Shown: one piece after another, positions 52,343-63,922 of the stretch | How the letters are laid out: each line of letters begins with the position of its first letter | How positions within the stretch are numbered: the stretch's first letter is position 1 | From: Negaprion brevirostris | Lineage: Eukaryota | DNA length: 64,000 nucleotides | Assembly: GCA_030324005.1 (NCBI GenBank) | Contig: JARDVH010000160.1 | Location: 28,052,967-28,116,966, forward strand | Reading direction: 5' to 3' | Notes under the pieces: generated by a model | What the model was told of the DNA's origin: nothing | What the model saw: only the letters and a program-made list of their open reading frames with translations | Databases searched by the model: none | Translations under genes and position numbers: made by a program

Positions 52343-52635
52343 GGACAGCACAATGGTTGGCACTGCTGCCCCACAGCGCCAGGAACCTGGATTCAATTCC
52401 CGGCTTGGGTCCCTGTCTGTGTGGAGTTTGTACCTTCTCCCTGTGTCTGCATGGGTTTCCTCCCACAGTACAAAGATGTGTCGGTTAGGTGGATTGGCCA
52501 TGCTAAATTGCCCCTTAGTGATAGGGGAACTAGCTATGGTAAATTTATGGGGATAGAATGTGGGTGGGATTGTGGTCAGTGCAGACTTGATGGACTGAAT
52601 GTTCTCCTTCTGCACTGCAGGATTCTATGATTCTA
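52343..52635 (+). mobile_element. HE1/V-SINE (CR1-type tail) inserted in a GC-rich MITE remnant (~51870-52760)
   Basis: Head, V-domain and GATTCTATGATTCTA tail. The host sequence ends ATTAAAATTCAGCAC. Confidence 0.85.
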
Positions 52636-54629
52636 GCTGCCAGCCCTCTGGCCAGCAGGCCTTGAAGGGACAGCATGTTAACTGCACAAATCCAGCTACA
52701 GCTTCCCAAACAACCAGGGCATGGTTGCTCTTGGCTTGCCAACCTATTAAAATTCAGCACTTAGTTGGGTGCAGCTTACTTTTGGGTTGTTAAAGGAATA
52801 AGTGCACTTTCATATGTCAGAAATGCATGTTTTCCTATCATTTCACACCTCCGAAATCAAGTGTGGGCTTTTGCTCATTGCCAGTAATCATTTTCCATTT
52901 GTAGTGTGTGACCCTGAAACAACACCAATTAATTTTTCTCCATGACAAGTACCTTTTACAAAATAGCAGATGGCCATAGCCTGAGCGACCATTAATTGTG
53001 GAGTGCTTTGTCACAAGAGCGCAAGAACATTTGGGACCAGAAGAGGCAATTGAATGACCTGAAACCCATTTATTCAAAAACCTTACCTCTTCCATCACAT
53101 AAAACTATAATTTTTAGCAACCATTGTGGTTTTGCCTCCATTTCCCTGTCCTGCAATCACCAAAATATTTATCACACTGAGCAAAGAAGTTCTTCTTGAT
53201 TCAATTTAAATTTAAGCTAAGCTTTCCATTTAGTGCCATTTACACCCTCTTTCCCTACCTTACTTTGAAATATTATTATTATGGGTACGGTTTTAGATCT
53301 TATGCATTCAAAGAGATTTCCCTTCAATGACCCTCCTTGTAATTTGCAAAGTTTTCATCCTTATATATTTTATCTTTGCAATTATTGCCCCTTTCTAACA
53401 CGTATCAATTTTTTTTGTGGCTTGTTTGCAAAACTAAAGTACAATAAATTTAGTCTGACTAGTGCATTATAAACTGTTAGGATCACTGGCAGTCTTGCAT
53501 TCTGTACATGGTATGTTCAAACATTTTATTATGTATTTTTTAAGATTGATGAATGAGGTAAGTGGAATTTTTGAATATTAGGAATTCCTGCTATGCAAGT
53601 GCGCTTCCAGTCAATGCTATAAAACAGATCCCAGTGTTTTACCTGCATGGGTATTGAGCCTGTATGTTGCTAGGTCAGATTTATAGCTGATTTAAGTGGA
53701 TCTGCTGTATGATGTTTGCTTACTTTCAAGCTTTTAGCATTCTCACCAGTGTCTAGTGATTACTTTTTAATAGCCACTATCCCACAAGTTTCTTAACTAG
53801 TCTCCCCCTTCACTGCATGTTGTATACAACTCATTCCAGAGGATCTATTGATCTTAATTGCCCCTAGTTTATGCCTTAGACATAGACATGGGGAATTCCA
53901 ATTTTTCTGAGATACTGAATACAGAAATTAATTAGTAAGTTAGAATTGTGTTTGAATAAAAACCTCTAGAAAATATTAATTAAATATTTCAGATAATTTG
54001 TTCATATCTTTGATTCTAATGCAAGAAGAACATTTTAGTTTTGCCAACTACAGAAATGCATATCTCAAGGCTCCTCTTTATATCTCTAATATCTTTTCAA
54101 CTTATCCTGGAAAATACAACACCAAATACTCCTCTCATCATTCTTTCCTTCCTTTTTTTCTATTGGTCTTATACCACTTTTTTAAACGTTGTTTTGTGTA
54201 AATGCTTATGTTGGATGTTTCAACGTTTACAATTACAAAACTGTTCCATCATTCCTCAACTAAGACCTTTTTTATTTAAGTTTGCCACATATAGTAGTTC
54301 ATTTCATACTCTTTCAAAATGTTCCACTTTAAATGAAGCTACAATTGTCTTCCTTGCTACCAATGCTAGCACATCTTTAGTGTCATTATATTGTGGTCAT
54401 TAGTCAATAGAAGATCCACTACTGCTTATTATGAAATGTACACTGATCATTTATAAGAACTAGTTGAAAGAAACAAGTTGTTATTAATGGGGTACTTGAA
54501 ATATTTGATCAATAAACAATATTTGACCTTTTGCTTTGCTCAGATATCACACCAATCTCAGATAAAAGATTGTAAGTTGAAATTCCATTGTGGACAACAG
54601 CACATATTCTTTCTGCCAGTTCTGTGCAA

Positions 54630-54945
54630 TTCTAAAGGATTGCTGCAGTGTCGGGGTGAATATTAAACTGTGACCCTGCCCAGCAATTCATTTGGAATTC
54701 TTAAAAAGATCCCTAACACTTTTGGAAAGAAAGAAATTCTCTTTTACCTGACCAACATTCACCCCACAGCCAATGCTAGCAAAATAATTTGCAATTTATC
54801 TCATTACTCATTGTGAAATATTTCTGTGCATAAATTGGCTCCAGTGTTTATCTACATAATGACACTTTGAAAGTAATTAATTGAGCCCCATATGTTTTGG
54901 GGCATACCAAGGATGTGAAAGATGCAATATCTAAATGCAGTTGTT
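54630..54945 (+). mobile_element. DeuSINE (SacSINE1-like), old copy
   Basis: TGCTGCAGTGTCGG...AAAAGATCCC..CACT...TGTGCATAAATTGGCT...GTGAAAGATGCAATATCTAAATGCAG. Confidence 0.7.
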
Positions 54946-55773
54946 CCTCAGCACCAGTAGTTGATTTTGTTATCTCATTTCCATTTATTATTCCTCAGTT
55001 TATATTGGATTGATTGTAGGCCTTTGTTCCTACTCCACCACTATAAAGACCATGGCTAATCTACCTACTCCTATTTTCCTCCACTCTCTTATACCCCTTG
55101 ATTCTCCAAAGCAACAGTACAACTATCTGAACATATCCTTGCCACCTCATCATGTTCTTTCCATTACCCACTAAATAACTAAGCGGGCATCTTTTGACTA
55201 TCAATTTGTTATCCTTAACTTCTTGCATTACTCTTGCGACTAGGCTTTTCTGTCTGCTGCAACATTCTTCACCTCTGCGTATGGAATTCACCCCATGTTT
55301 TTCAAACTCCTGTAACACCATTATTTCTCCTGGGGCATTGGTCATTCACTTGAATCCTTATTGATTCTAGCATTCGGACTGTGGTATTTAATTATACTTG
55401 GAAAAAAAATGTAGGCCTTCATTTACTGAGTATTTGTTTATTTGGCTTGGAATTATTTTCTTCTTTTATATTATTCTTACTCCTTCTCCTCCAGGCCTGG
55501 TTTTCTATTTTTAAATTCTTATTCCAAGATCCCACTCTCCTCTACATTTTAATTGTTTTCTAACTTGGCCAGGGATTGCATTCAGTCTTAACCAATTGTT
55601 ATGTACATGCTGATATATTTTGAGCAGAGAATATTTTGAAGAAAAAGAAATCCCCTGCTGACACCTATATCTGTATGAAAACCTATGGAATAATTCTGAC
55701 TTTTGTGTTGAGGATGACATTTTGGAGAAACTGATTGCTTCTTTTCTGACTTTCCTATGATCTTTAACACCAG

Positions 55774-55851
55774 GCTGAGCAAACAGGTAACACACTGAGT
55801 CTAAATGTGCCACAAGTGCAGCTCATCAACCCAGAGAACCAGATAGTGCAG
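55774..55851 (+). CDS. SIK3: SIK3 coding exon (exon 10 equivalent)
   Basis: Flanked by caccag and GTCAGT; 78 nt, phase 0-0. Reads AEQTGNTLSLNVPQVQLINPENQIVQ versus human AEQAGTAMNISVPQVQLINPENQIVE. Not in the supplied ORF track. Confidence 0.95.
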
Positions 55852-56077
55852 GTCAGTTATGAGACCCTTATTTTTGTAAATGCACGATATGTTCAAATGT
55901 GATTTATTTGAATCTTTCCTGGTGAGGTCATCAAACAGTTTTGGCATCTTACGGCTACAATAGCCATATTTGGATTTTAAAAGATCAGAAATTGTGAGAA
56001 CAAAATCTTTAATATTTATGGTTGATTTATTTTTCTTTCTTTGATGTAGGAAAGGGGAGGGGGAACCCTTCAAATCT

Positions 56078-56356
56078 TTAAAAGTTTATTTACCAGTGTC
56101 ACAAGTAGGCATACATTAGCACTACAGTAAGTTACTGTGAAAATCCTCTAGTTGCCCCACTCCGACGCCTGTTCAAGTACCCAGAGGGAGAATTTAGCAC
56201 GTCCAATGCGCTTAACCAGCATGTCCCTCAGATTGTGGAGGGAAATCGGAGCACCAGGAAGAAATGCACGCAGACATGGGGAGAATGTACAGACTCCACA
56301 CAGATAGTTACCCAAGCTTAGAATCAAACCCAGGTCCCTGGCACTGAGAGACAGCA
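56078..56356 (-). mobile_element. V-SINE, alternative-tail subfamily
   Basis: AAAGTTTATTTACCAGTGTCACAAGTAGGC...CCCAGGTCCCTGGCACTGAGAGACAGCA. Confidence 0.9.
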
Positions 56357-56462
56357 ATAAGAACATAAGAAATAGGAGCAGGAGTAGGCCATCTAGCCCC
56401 TCGAGCCTGCCCCACCATTCAGTAAGATCATGGCTGATCTGTCGTGTCTCAGTTCCACATTC
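56357..56462 (-). mobile_element. Young CR1 3' end running into N gap
   Basis: ATAAGAACATAAGAAATAGGAGCAGGAGTAGGCCATCTAGCCCCTCGAGCCTGC. Confidence 0.85.
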
Positions 56463-57406
56463 NNNNNNNNNNNNNNNNNNNNNNNNNNNNNNNNNNNNNN
56501 NNNNNNNNNNNNNNNNNNNNNNNNNNNNNNNNNNNNNNNNNNNNNNNNNNNNNNNNNNNNNNNNNNNNNNNNNNNNNNNNNNNNNNNNNNNNNNNNNNNN
56601 NNNNNNNNNNNNNNNNNNNNNNNNNNNNNNNNNNNNNNNNNNNNNNNNNNNNNNNNNNNNNNNNNNNNNNNNNNNNNNNNNNNNNNNNNNNNNNNNNNNN
56701 NNNNNNNNNNNNNNNNNNNNNNNNNNNNNNNNNNNNNNNNNNNNNNNNNNNNNNNNNNNNNNNNNNNNNNNNNNNNNNNNNNNNNNNNNNNNNNNNNNNN
56801 NNNNNNNNNNNNNNNNNNNNNNNNNNNNNNNNNNNNNNNNNNNNNNNNNNNNNNNNNNNNNNNNNNNNNNNNNNNNNNNNNNNNNNNNNNNNNNNNNNNN
56901 NNNNNNNNNNNNNNNNNNNNNNNNNNNNNNNNNNNNNNNNNNNNNNNNNNNNNNNNNNNNNNNNNNNNNNNNNNNNNNNNNNNNNNNNNNNNNNNNNNNN
57001 NNNNNNNNNNNNNNNNNNNNNNNNNNNNNNNNNNNNNNNNNNNNNNNNNNNNTTTTTCTCTGACATTTAAAATGCATAACTTACGATTTCTTGTTTCATT
57101 CTTTTAAGTACAGTAAATATGTTTCTTCATAAATGGCATTTCTATCCACTGAAGACCTAATTACATGTAACTGTGTGTTGGACATTTTAATTTTTTGGTT
57201 TGAGAACCTTAATTATTTCCAATTAAATGATAATCTATTAAACTTTTACTAATGCTGATATTTGTTCCAAATTCTCATCTGTAAGATAAAAGAAACAACA
57301 ACAAGCAATTTATTTTTGAGACCATTTACTTCATTTTATATCTGGAATAAGGCACAAACAGTATTTTTGAAATAATACGCAAGCCAAATATGTACTTGTA
57401 CGTAAT

Positions 57407-57540
57407 GGCTGGAATTCGCCAATCTTGCAGGTCCGGGTACTGCTGCCAGCAAGATCAGTAGATTTGGCTTTCAGCCAAATCTAAAACACAGCATTGGACT
57501 GGAGAATCCCAGCCATGGGTGAGGTTGGAGAATCTGGCCC
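57407..57540. mobile_element. ~130-bp Harbinger-type MITE
   Basis: TIR-like GGCTGGAATTCGCCAA / TTGGAGAATCTGGCCC with a perfect AAT TSD (57404-06, 57541-43). Homologous to 61663-61788. Confidence 0.75.
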
Positions 57541-57657
57541 AATAAATAAAATGAGTAATTTGATATCTCGCGAATTCATTGTTAACAGATGTAATGCCGC
57601 ACCAATCACTTCCTCTAATATTGAATGGAAGTGAAAACCAGCAATACAGGTTCCAAC

Positions 57658-57931
57658 AGGGTTCAATTCCCAACTTGGGTCACTGGTCTGTATGGAGTTT
57701 GCACATTCTCCCAGTGCCTGTGTGGGTTTCCTCCGGGTGCTCTGACTTTCTTCCACACTCCAAAGATGTGCTGGTTAGGTGGATTGGCCATGCGAAATTG
57801 CCCCTTAGTGTCAGGGGTCTAGCCAGGGTAAATGCATGGGGTTGTGAGAATAGGGCCAGGTGGGATTTTGGTCAGTGCAGACTCGATGGGCCAAATGGCT
57901 TCCTTTTGCATTGTAGGATTCTATGATTCTA
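57658..57931 (+). mobile_element. HE1/V-SINE, 5'-truncated, CR1-type tail
   Basis: GGGTTCAATTCCC...GGGTTTCCTCCGGGTGCTC...GGATTCTATGATTCTA. Confidence 0.9.
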
Positions 57932-58042
57932 TAATCAAAATCCAGATAATTTGTCCCAACTTAAGAAACACACAAGTACCAAAAAAAATTAAATAGTCAG
58001 TGGAGATTTCATTGGAAATCAGCTGTGTTAACGGGCTCATCG

Positions 58043-58300
58043 AAAACAGATTACTGCAGATGCTGGAACCTGAAGAGTCAGCCAAACTTGAATGGCGGAA
58101 TTTTATTGGCATGTTTGCTCGAGGTTTGTACAATTCCACCCATGGCCAATGGAGAATGCTGGTCCCCAAGCCTCGGTCATCCTGGAATTGGGGCAGGCGT
58201 GCTGATAAAATTCCGGCTGAAATGTTAGTTCTACCCTTTCTGCACAGATGATGTCAGACCTGCTGAAATTTTCTAGCATAGCATTTCCTGTGTTTATGTT
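58043..58300 (+). mobile_element. Penelope-like terminal remnant with a degenerate hammerhead core, split by a MITE
   Basis: TACTGCAGATGCTGGAA..CTGAAGAGTCA..ACTTGAA[MITE]ATGTTAG..CACAGATGATGTCAGACCTGCTGAAATTTTCTAGCAT. Confidence 0.65.
58093..58218. mobile_element. ~126-bp Harbinger-type MITE
   Basis: TIRs TGGCGGAATTTTAT / ATAAAATTCCGGCT with a GAA TSD (58090-92, 58219-21). Confidence 0.8.
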
Positions 58301-58881
58301 AATAGGCTTGCTAGGCTAACCTTAATCCTGTTTCTAAATCTAACAATCAGGGTAAATTGCAGATTTTTTTTATGTACATGTTATGATACTTCTCAAGTGA
58401 CAAATACTAACTGGCATTAAACCATAAAGCATTGCTTCAACTCTATTATTGTTCATGCATAAACTACAAATATTTTTATTTTGGTAGAAAAATGGCAGTC
58501 TGTGGCATTCTAATCTTTAAATCTGTTTGAAAAGTATAACTGATAGAGCATTTGTTAGTTAATTTAGTTTTTTTGTTAAGATCTGCCATTGGCTTTCTAC
58601 TTTCCAGGCTAGCTATTGGAATGTGACACTTAGTCATTTAGATTTCACAACTCGGGCCTTGAGCTGTCTATCCTGATGAATATTGGCTTAATTGTACCAT
58701 TTTTATCTAGAAGCTCTTAATTCTAAAATTTATAGATTCAGGGGTTTATATGAAGATCTTACTACGATTTTTTTTACAAAATGTCTAAATGTTTGTTTTC
58801 GAATAGTGGGTCAGATTTAATTATGGTGAATAAGGCTAACAGTGACCCGTAAGTCAGTTGTGTTGTTAACTTTCTTCTCAG

Positions 58882-58991
58882 ACTGACGGTAACATGAATC
58901 TAGATAGTGACGAAGGTGAAGAACCATCGCCGGAGGCACTGGCACGATACCTATCCATGAGGAGACATACTGTTGGCGTGGCTGACCCCAG
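58882..58991 (+). CDS. SIK3: SIK3 coding exon (exon 11 equivalent) with RRHT PKA/14-3-3 site (human T469)
   Basis: Flanked by ttctcag and GTTAGT; 110 nt. Reads TDGNMNLDSDEGEEPSPEALARYLSMRRHTVGVADP(R). The Thr codon is at 58969-58971. Confidence 0.97.
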
Positions 58992-60229
58992 GTTAGTATT
59001 ACCAATGTGATGACTTTGTCTAAATAACCAATATAAACATCATTGATACATAATTGCTTTTATTTCATGTTTATACATATATATCAGGGAAATAAGCAAC
59101 ATGCAGTGATACTGAATGGCCCTGTGTTTTTTCTGAAACGTGAAAGGGCCCAAACATTTACATTGTCGAGGAGGACAATGAAATGCAGTTCTATTGCATT
59201 TGTTCTGTTTTCATCAGACTTAGTTCATACCAGTAAAGGTCGTTACTTCAGAATTGATTTTGAGCTTGTCATGGTAATATTCTCAATACAAGAATTTCAA
59301 GAATAAATTTGCGAGTTCCATGCTCAAAATTACTGGGGGAGATGAGAAAGAGAATGAGCTAGTGCAGATTGTGAATTTCACAGCAGTGGGGATTTAGGGA
59401 AGAGAGAATCATGTGCCCTGAGACACAGCGAGTTCAACTGCACTAGCCAAGCCTTATGGATGTGTACTCCAGTCAGAACTAGGTAAATTTAAAAACTGTG
59501 TGTGGAGGAAGGTATGTGGACAGAGGCTCAATTATTTGCATTGATAGAGATTTTTGTATGGGGAATCTCAATGCAAAAAGTATGAATCACATTAGATAGA
59601 CTGCAATTATAATGCTCATTCCAATGATTACAAGGGTGTTGGTCACATCTTGGTAGTTTGATGAAATCTTCATAGTCTTTAGTTAACTGTAAGTCTTTAA
59701 TAACTAATTATTTATAAGTATACGGTAAAGGGTGAAAACTAGGAGTTGTTTCCATGCTTAGGTTTGCATGTGGTGCAGGTCATGTGTCCCCTTACATCAC
59801 ACTCTGGGTGGTATTGTACTCAGTCCTACCGTAACCCAATATGTGCCAGATCACAGGATACATCTGAATCCTTAGGAATTGAAGGTCAATCTCCAGGACA
59901 ATGCTGTGTGCAGCCCTGGAAAGAAAATCACAGGGACATTAAACAATTTTTTTGGTCATTTCTTTGAATATTTCTTTTTACCAGATATAAGAATTATTGA
60001 AAATGGTAGAGAATGGGTAATGAGTCATTTTGCTTTCCAGTTGAAGTAGGAAGGCAGTGCATCACAAGGATGGATGTGTTGGCTGAATAATGGCTGGAGT
60101 GTGGAGGCAAGTTATACGATGAAACCTCCTGGATTACACTTAATTGCAGTTGGCAACCTTGGTGATTAATGTTTGAAGATTACATTACTGGAAAACATTA
60201 CAGTTCTGCTGGTTTAAAACATTGGATAA

Positions 60230-60508
60230 CAGCCTCCCTAATGGTTTAGTGGATAAATGCATGGCTTGGTATGGTACTGAAGCATACATGCCAAGAAGGT
60301 TCCGTTTCAGTAACACATCTAAGTTCTCGGTCAGAATGATGATCATGAAGATTTAAGCTGACCCCAGTGATCTTGAGCTATGAAAGAATTGTGTAATTTT
60401 CCTGTCTTTAATTACTATCAAGTGGCTTTTGCTCGAGTTTTTAGATGTGTGGATGCCAAGTGAGAACGAGGTCAAGCTATTGTTTCTCCATGGTTGAACA
60501 ACCTGCTA
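60230..60508 (+). mobile_element. LF-SINE-like element, diverged
   Basis: CAGCCTCCC..TGG.TTAGTGG.TAAATGCA...GCATACA.GCCAAGAAGGTTCC...TGTGTGGATGCCAAGTGAGAAC...CCATGGTTGAACAACCTGC, colinear with the LF-SINE consensus as I recall it. Confidence 0.6.
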
Positions 60509-60584
60509 AAAGTCTGACAACACCAGGTTTCAGTCCAACTGATTTATTTGATAGTAAATTCACTAGCTTTCGGGTTAGCCCCTT
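60509..60584 (-). mobile_element. Penelope-like terminal fragment with the 3' half of a hammerhead core
   Basis: The minus strand reads [N gap]AAGGGGCTAACCCGAAAGCTAGTG...AAATAAATCAGTTGGACTGAAACCTGGTGTTGTCAGACTT. Confidence 0.7.
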
Positions 60585-60675
60585 NNNNNNNNNNATTGCT
60601 GACTCTAAAGGAAGAGGTTAAGTGTGGGAGGATATTTGATTATGAAATTAATTGTTAAATGTTTTTATGATGTAG

Positions 60676-60832
60676 AACTGAAGTTACTGAAGATCTGCAG
60701 AAATGCCACCTGCCTGGTTTTCCACGTGTCATGCCTCAGGCTCCTTTCCTCCAGGTTGTTCCAAATGTTAATCTAATGCAGAACATGCTACCTACGCAGA
60801 ATTTACAACCAGCCACACAGTTGGAGTACAAG
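60676..60832 (+). CDS. SIK3: SIK3 coding exon (exon 12 equivalent)
   Basis: Flanked by atgtag and GTATGG; 157 nt. Reads (R)TEVTEDLQKCHLPGFPRVMPQAPFLQVVPNVNLMQNMLPTQNLQPATQLEYK, ending in QLEYK as human SIK3 does. Confidence 0.95.
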
Positions 60833-61662
60833 GTATGGCTGTTTCTGCTGTAAAATTATCAATAAATAATGAACTTGAGATTTTAACTAAGGACCCCTGC
60901 TACCCCCAAGCTGAAGGTCAGTACAGCACAACTTTCCAGTGACTACTTACTTAACATTCCTGCATTTAGAGGCTGTTGTTGTTGTTATTGATCCCAGAAA
61001 TTGTGTAACCAGGATTTTCAACCCACATTTACGAGATTACCATGGAAATTATAATTTATATCAGTGCAGGAATGTAGTGCTACTCGGTATCTGCTGGTGG
61101 TGCTCCTAAGCAGATCTGCTTATCAACATTGCCTCTACAAGGAACATGGAAGTATTGCAGGTATTTGCAGAGGTTTCAAATGAAAATTGAAAAATGTGCT
61201 AAAAAGTTTCCATTTTTACATCAATTAACAGGTGGAGGTGGTAACATTGGCAGCTTGAGTGTAAGTAAATGTATATATGTATGTATAAATTAGACATACA
61301 GCAAACACCATTTAATTAATCTGCAGGATTCTAAAGAGGATGCTAATTTATTGTACTCTTAGGATGAAGTTTTATCTGCCAAATGCCTATTTTGGGATTT
61401 CCAGCTGATTTTACATCTATTTAAATGAATGGATGAGACCTTGAGTTAATTGTATGTAATATGCTACAGTGTTTACACAGCAGGTGAAGCTCCACATTCA
61501 GAGTATGCAATTGTACCATTCAAAATTTTTGAATTTCCTATGACTGGTGAATAATTGATTTGTTCTGTGTTACCATTCTGCATTCTAACTGAGGCACGTA
61601 TTAGATGTCTAAACAGAATTCATTGTGTTCTCTGAGAAGGGTCTTTTTAAACAAAATATAAT

Positions 61663-61788
61663 GGCTGAGATTCTCCCATTTCATTTCCCCGCCATCGCTG
61701 ACAGAGAATTTGGCACTCAGCCAAAATTCCATTCGTTGCAGTGGAACTGGAGAATCCCAGCCGGGAGCAAAGTCAAACAATGCCGACC
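61663..61788. mobile_element. ~126-bp Harbinger-type MITE
   Basis: AAT TSD (61660-62, 61789-91). Shares TCAGCCAAA...ACTGGAGAATCCCAGCC with 57407-57540. Confidence 0.7.
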
Positions 61789-61857
61789 AATATGTATGCT
61801 TGTTAGTGAAATAGTGAAAACCTGAAAAAAAAGTACTGAAGTGTCAACTGGGATTAT

Positions 61858-62938
61858 AGTGAGAATTTAATGTCTCCCCCTGCACTTATGGAGATGAGTT
61901 CAGAAGTAGGGGTAGATGGGGTGGGAGCAAATGATGGGGGGTTGCTGTGTAGACATAGAATCTCTACAGTACAGAATAAGGCCACTTGGCCTATTGACTT
62001 TGCACCGACCCTCCAATAGCCTCCCCAGACCCTAAGCCCTAGTATTTACTCCACCAATTCCCTTAACTTAAACATCTTGGGGCATTAAGGGGACTTTAGC
62101 ATGGCCAATCAACCTACCCTGCACAACTTTGGACAGTGGAAGAAAACCGGAGCACCCAGAGGAAATGCACGCAGACATGGGACAGCACATGTAAACTCCA
62201 CACAGACAGTCACCCAAGGCCAGAATTGAACCCAGGTCGCTGGCACTGTGAGGTAGTAGTGCTAACCACTGTGCCACCTCATAGAACAGGAAGGTGTGGG
62301 GGGCTGGGGGTGGGAAACGTATAGGATGTGGAATGGACCTGCCAGCTTCGTATTGCCACACTACACACATCAAGCTCTTGGCAGGAAAGATGGCTAGCAG
62401 CCCTCCTGCCCGGAAGCCAAACAAAGCCTTCAGTGGCCAGCAAAGTGGGTCTCATTCGAGGGATCCCTCATTCTCAGATACTCNNNNNNNNNNNNNNNNN
62501 NNNNNNNNNNNNNNNNNNNNNNNNNNNNNNNNNNNNNNNNNNNNNNNNNNNNNNNNNNNNNNNNNNNNNNNNNNNNNNNNNNNNNNNNNNNNNNNNNNNN
62601 NNNNNNNNNNNNNNNNNNNNNNNNTCCCACTCCACTTACCTTTGTGCGAAGACTGTAGCAACAATCCCTGGTGTAGGTCACAGTGTCAACAGTGACCACC
62701 GCTACTGGTATCCGGTTGGTGCTAGAGAGCTGCAGAATCTGATTGGCTGGCAGCTCTCTGACTCAATATATTGATTCCACACGATTTCATGCCCTCTGTG
62801 CAGCCAAGAGCCCCACGGGGCTCTGCTGTCTGTTAGGAATTTTATCCCTTTGGAGCTGCTGGAGATCAGGCTGGTGGGAGTGCCACCAGTTTTCCTTTTG
62901 AAAGCCGGAACACCCACTGCTTGTATTAAATTCTGCCC
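61858..62938. mobile_element. Larger Harbinger-type MITE hosting an HE1 SINE
   Basis: Ends AGAATTTAAT ... ATTAAATTCTGCCC around a GC-rich interior. Confidence 0.5.
61954..62278 (-). mobile_element. HE1/V-SINE, CR1-type tail
   Basis: CATAGAATCTCTACAGTACAGAA...AAACCGGAGCACCCAGAGGAAA...GTGCTAACCACTGTGCCACC. Confidence 0.9.
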
Positions 62939-63849
62939 TACAAGTTCCAAACATGAGGATTAATCCCACCAATTTCACTGCTTGTGTTGAAGGTACTCAG
63001 GTGTTTTTAAGTGTAATATCTAAGTGTAAAAAAACTGATGATGCACCTTGAGTTAGATTTTTTTTGCTTACAAATTTTCCAAATAAAACGTAAGCTTTCT
63101 GTTTTTGAAAAGGCAGTCTGTGAAATCTGTGTCATTAATCAGTAACTTGCTCTGTGTTGAACTTGACCCTGAACGTTTGATGCATTCACTTTTCGCACCG
63201 GGGGAGCCTTGTAACCTCAAGCTCAACTATTAATTCGATAAGAATAAACTAAAAACTTCTATGTGCAATATCAATTCTTTGCAAATCAGACAACTTGTAA
63301 CCTCAGCTGCCTGTAACTCACAACTGCTGTCTTTATTCAAATCAGTTTTATCACACTTCGGACGGATGCTGCGCAAAAGCATATTTATCCTTGATGAGGA
63401 TTACTCCTGTTGTCCGCTCTATCTGTCCCTGCACCTTCAGTCTCCTAAGAAGGTACAGGGAGCAGGTAAAGGATAAGCCTTCTGCCTTCGTGTGTCAGAT
63501 TTTCAATTGGATAGGAATATCTGGTGTTGATGTCCACATTAATCAGATTCAGAAGAATCTCATAAATTTGCACTAAATATGATAAACAAACTTTAGTGGC
63601 TATTTGTGCCCAGGTTTCCTAAAATAACTTGCATGTTAAATGACTGAACACTGGTGAAAAGATGTGGTTAATGGAAAATTCTAAGCTTTTGCTTCAAATA
63701 AAAAGGCAAATTGAAAATGGCTAAACCAAACAGTTTATTTGTAATTTAGAAAGTTCTTGTTGCTGGATTGCACACACATTAAAATTACCGCATATTTACG
63801 TTCCTTACGAATATGTAAAAATATGGTTAGCTGTGCTTGTTGATTTTTA

Positions 63850-63922
63850 TTATATTCATTTTTGGGATATGGGTGTCACTGGCTGTGTTAGCATTTATTA
63901 CCCAGCCCTTGTTGCCCTTCTA
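63850..63922 (-). mobile_element. Short 3' tail of the CR1-group LINE/SINE family seen at 9142 and 37195
   Basis: TTCATTTTTGGGATATGGGTGTCACTGGC...AGCATTTATTACCCAGCCCTTGTTGCCCTT. Confidence 0.6.
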
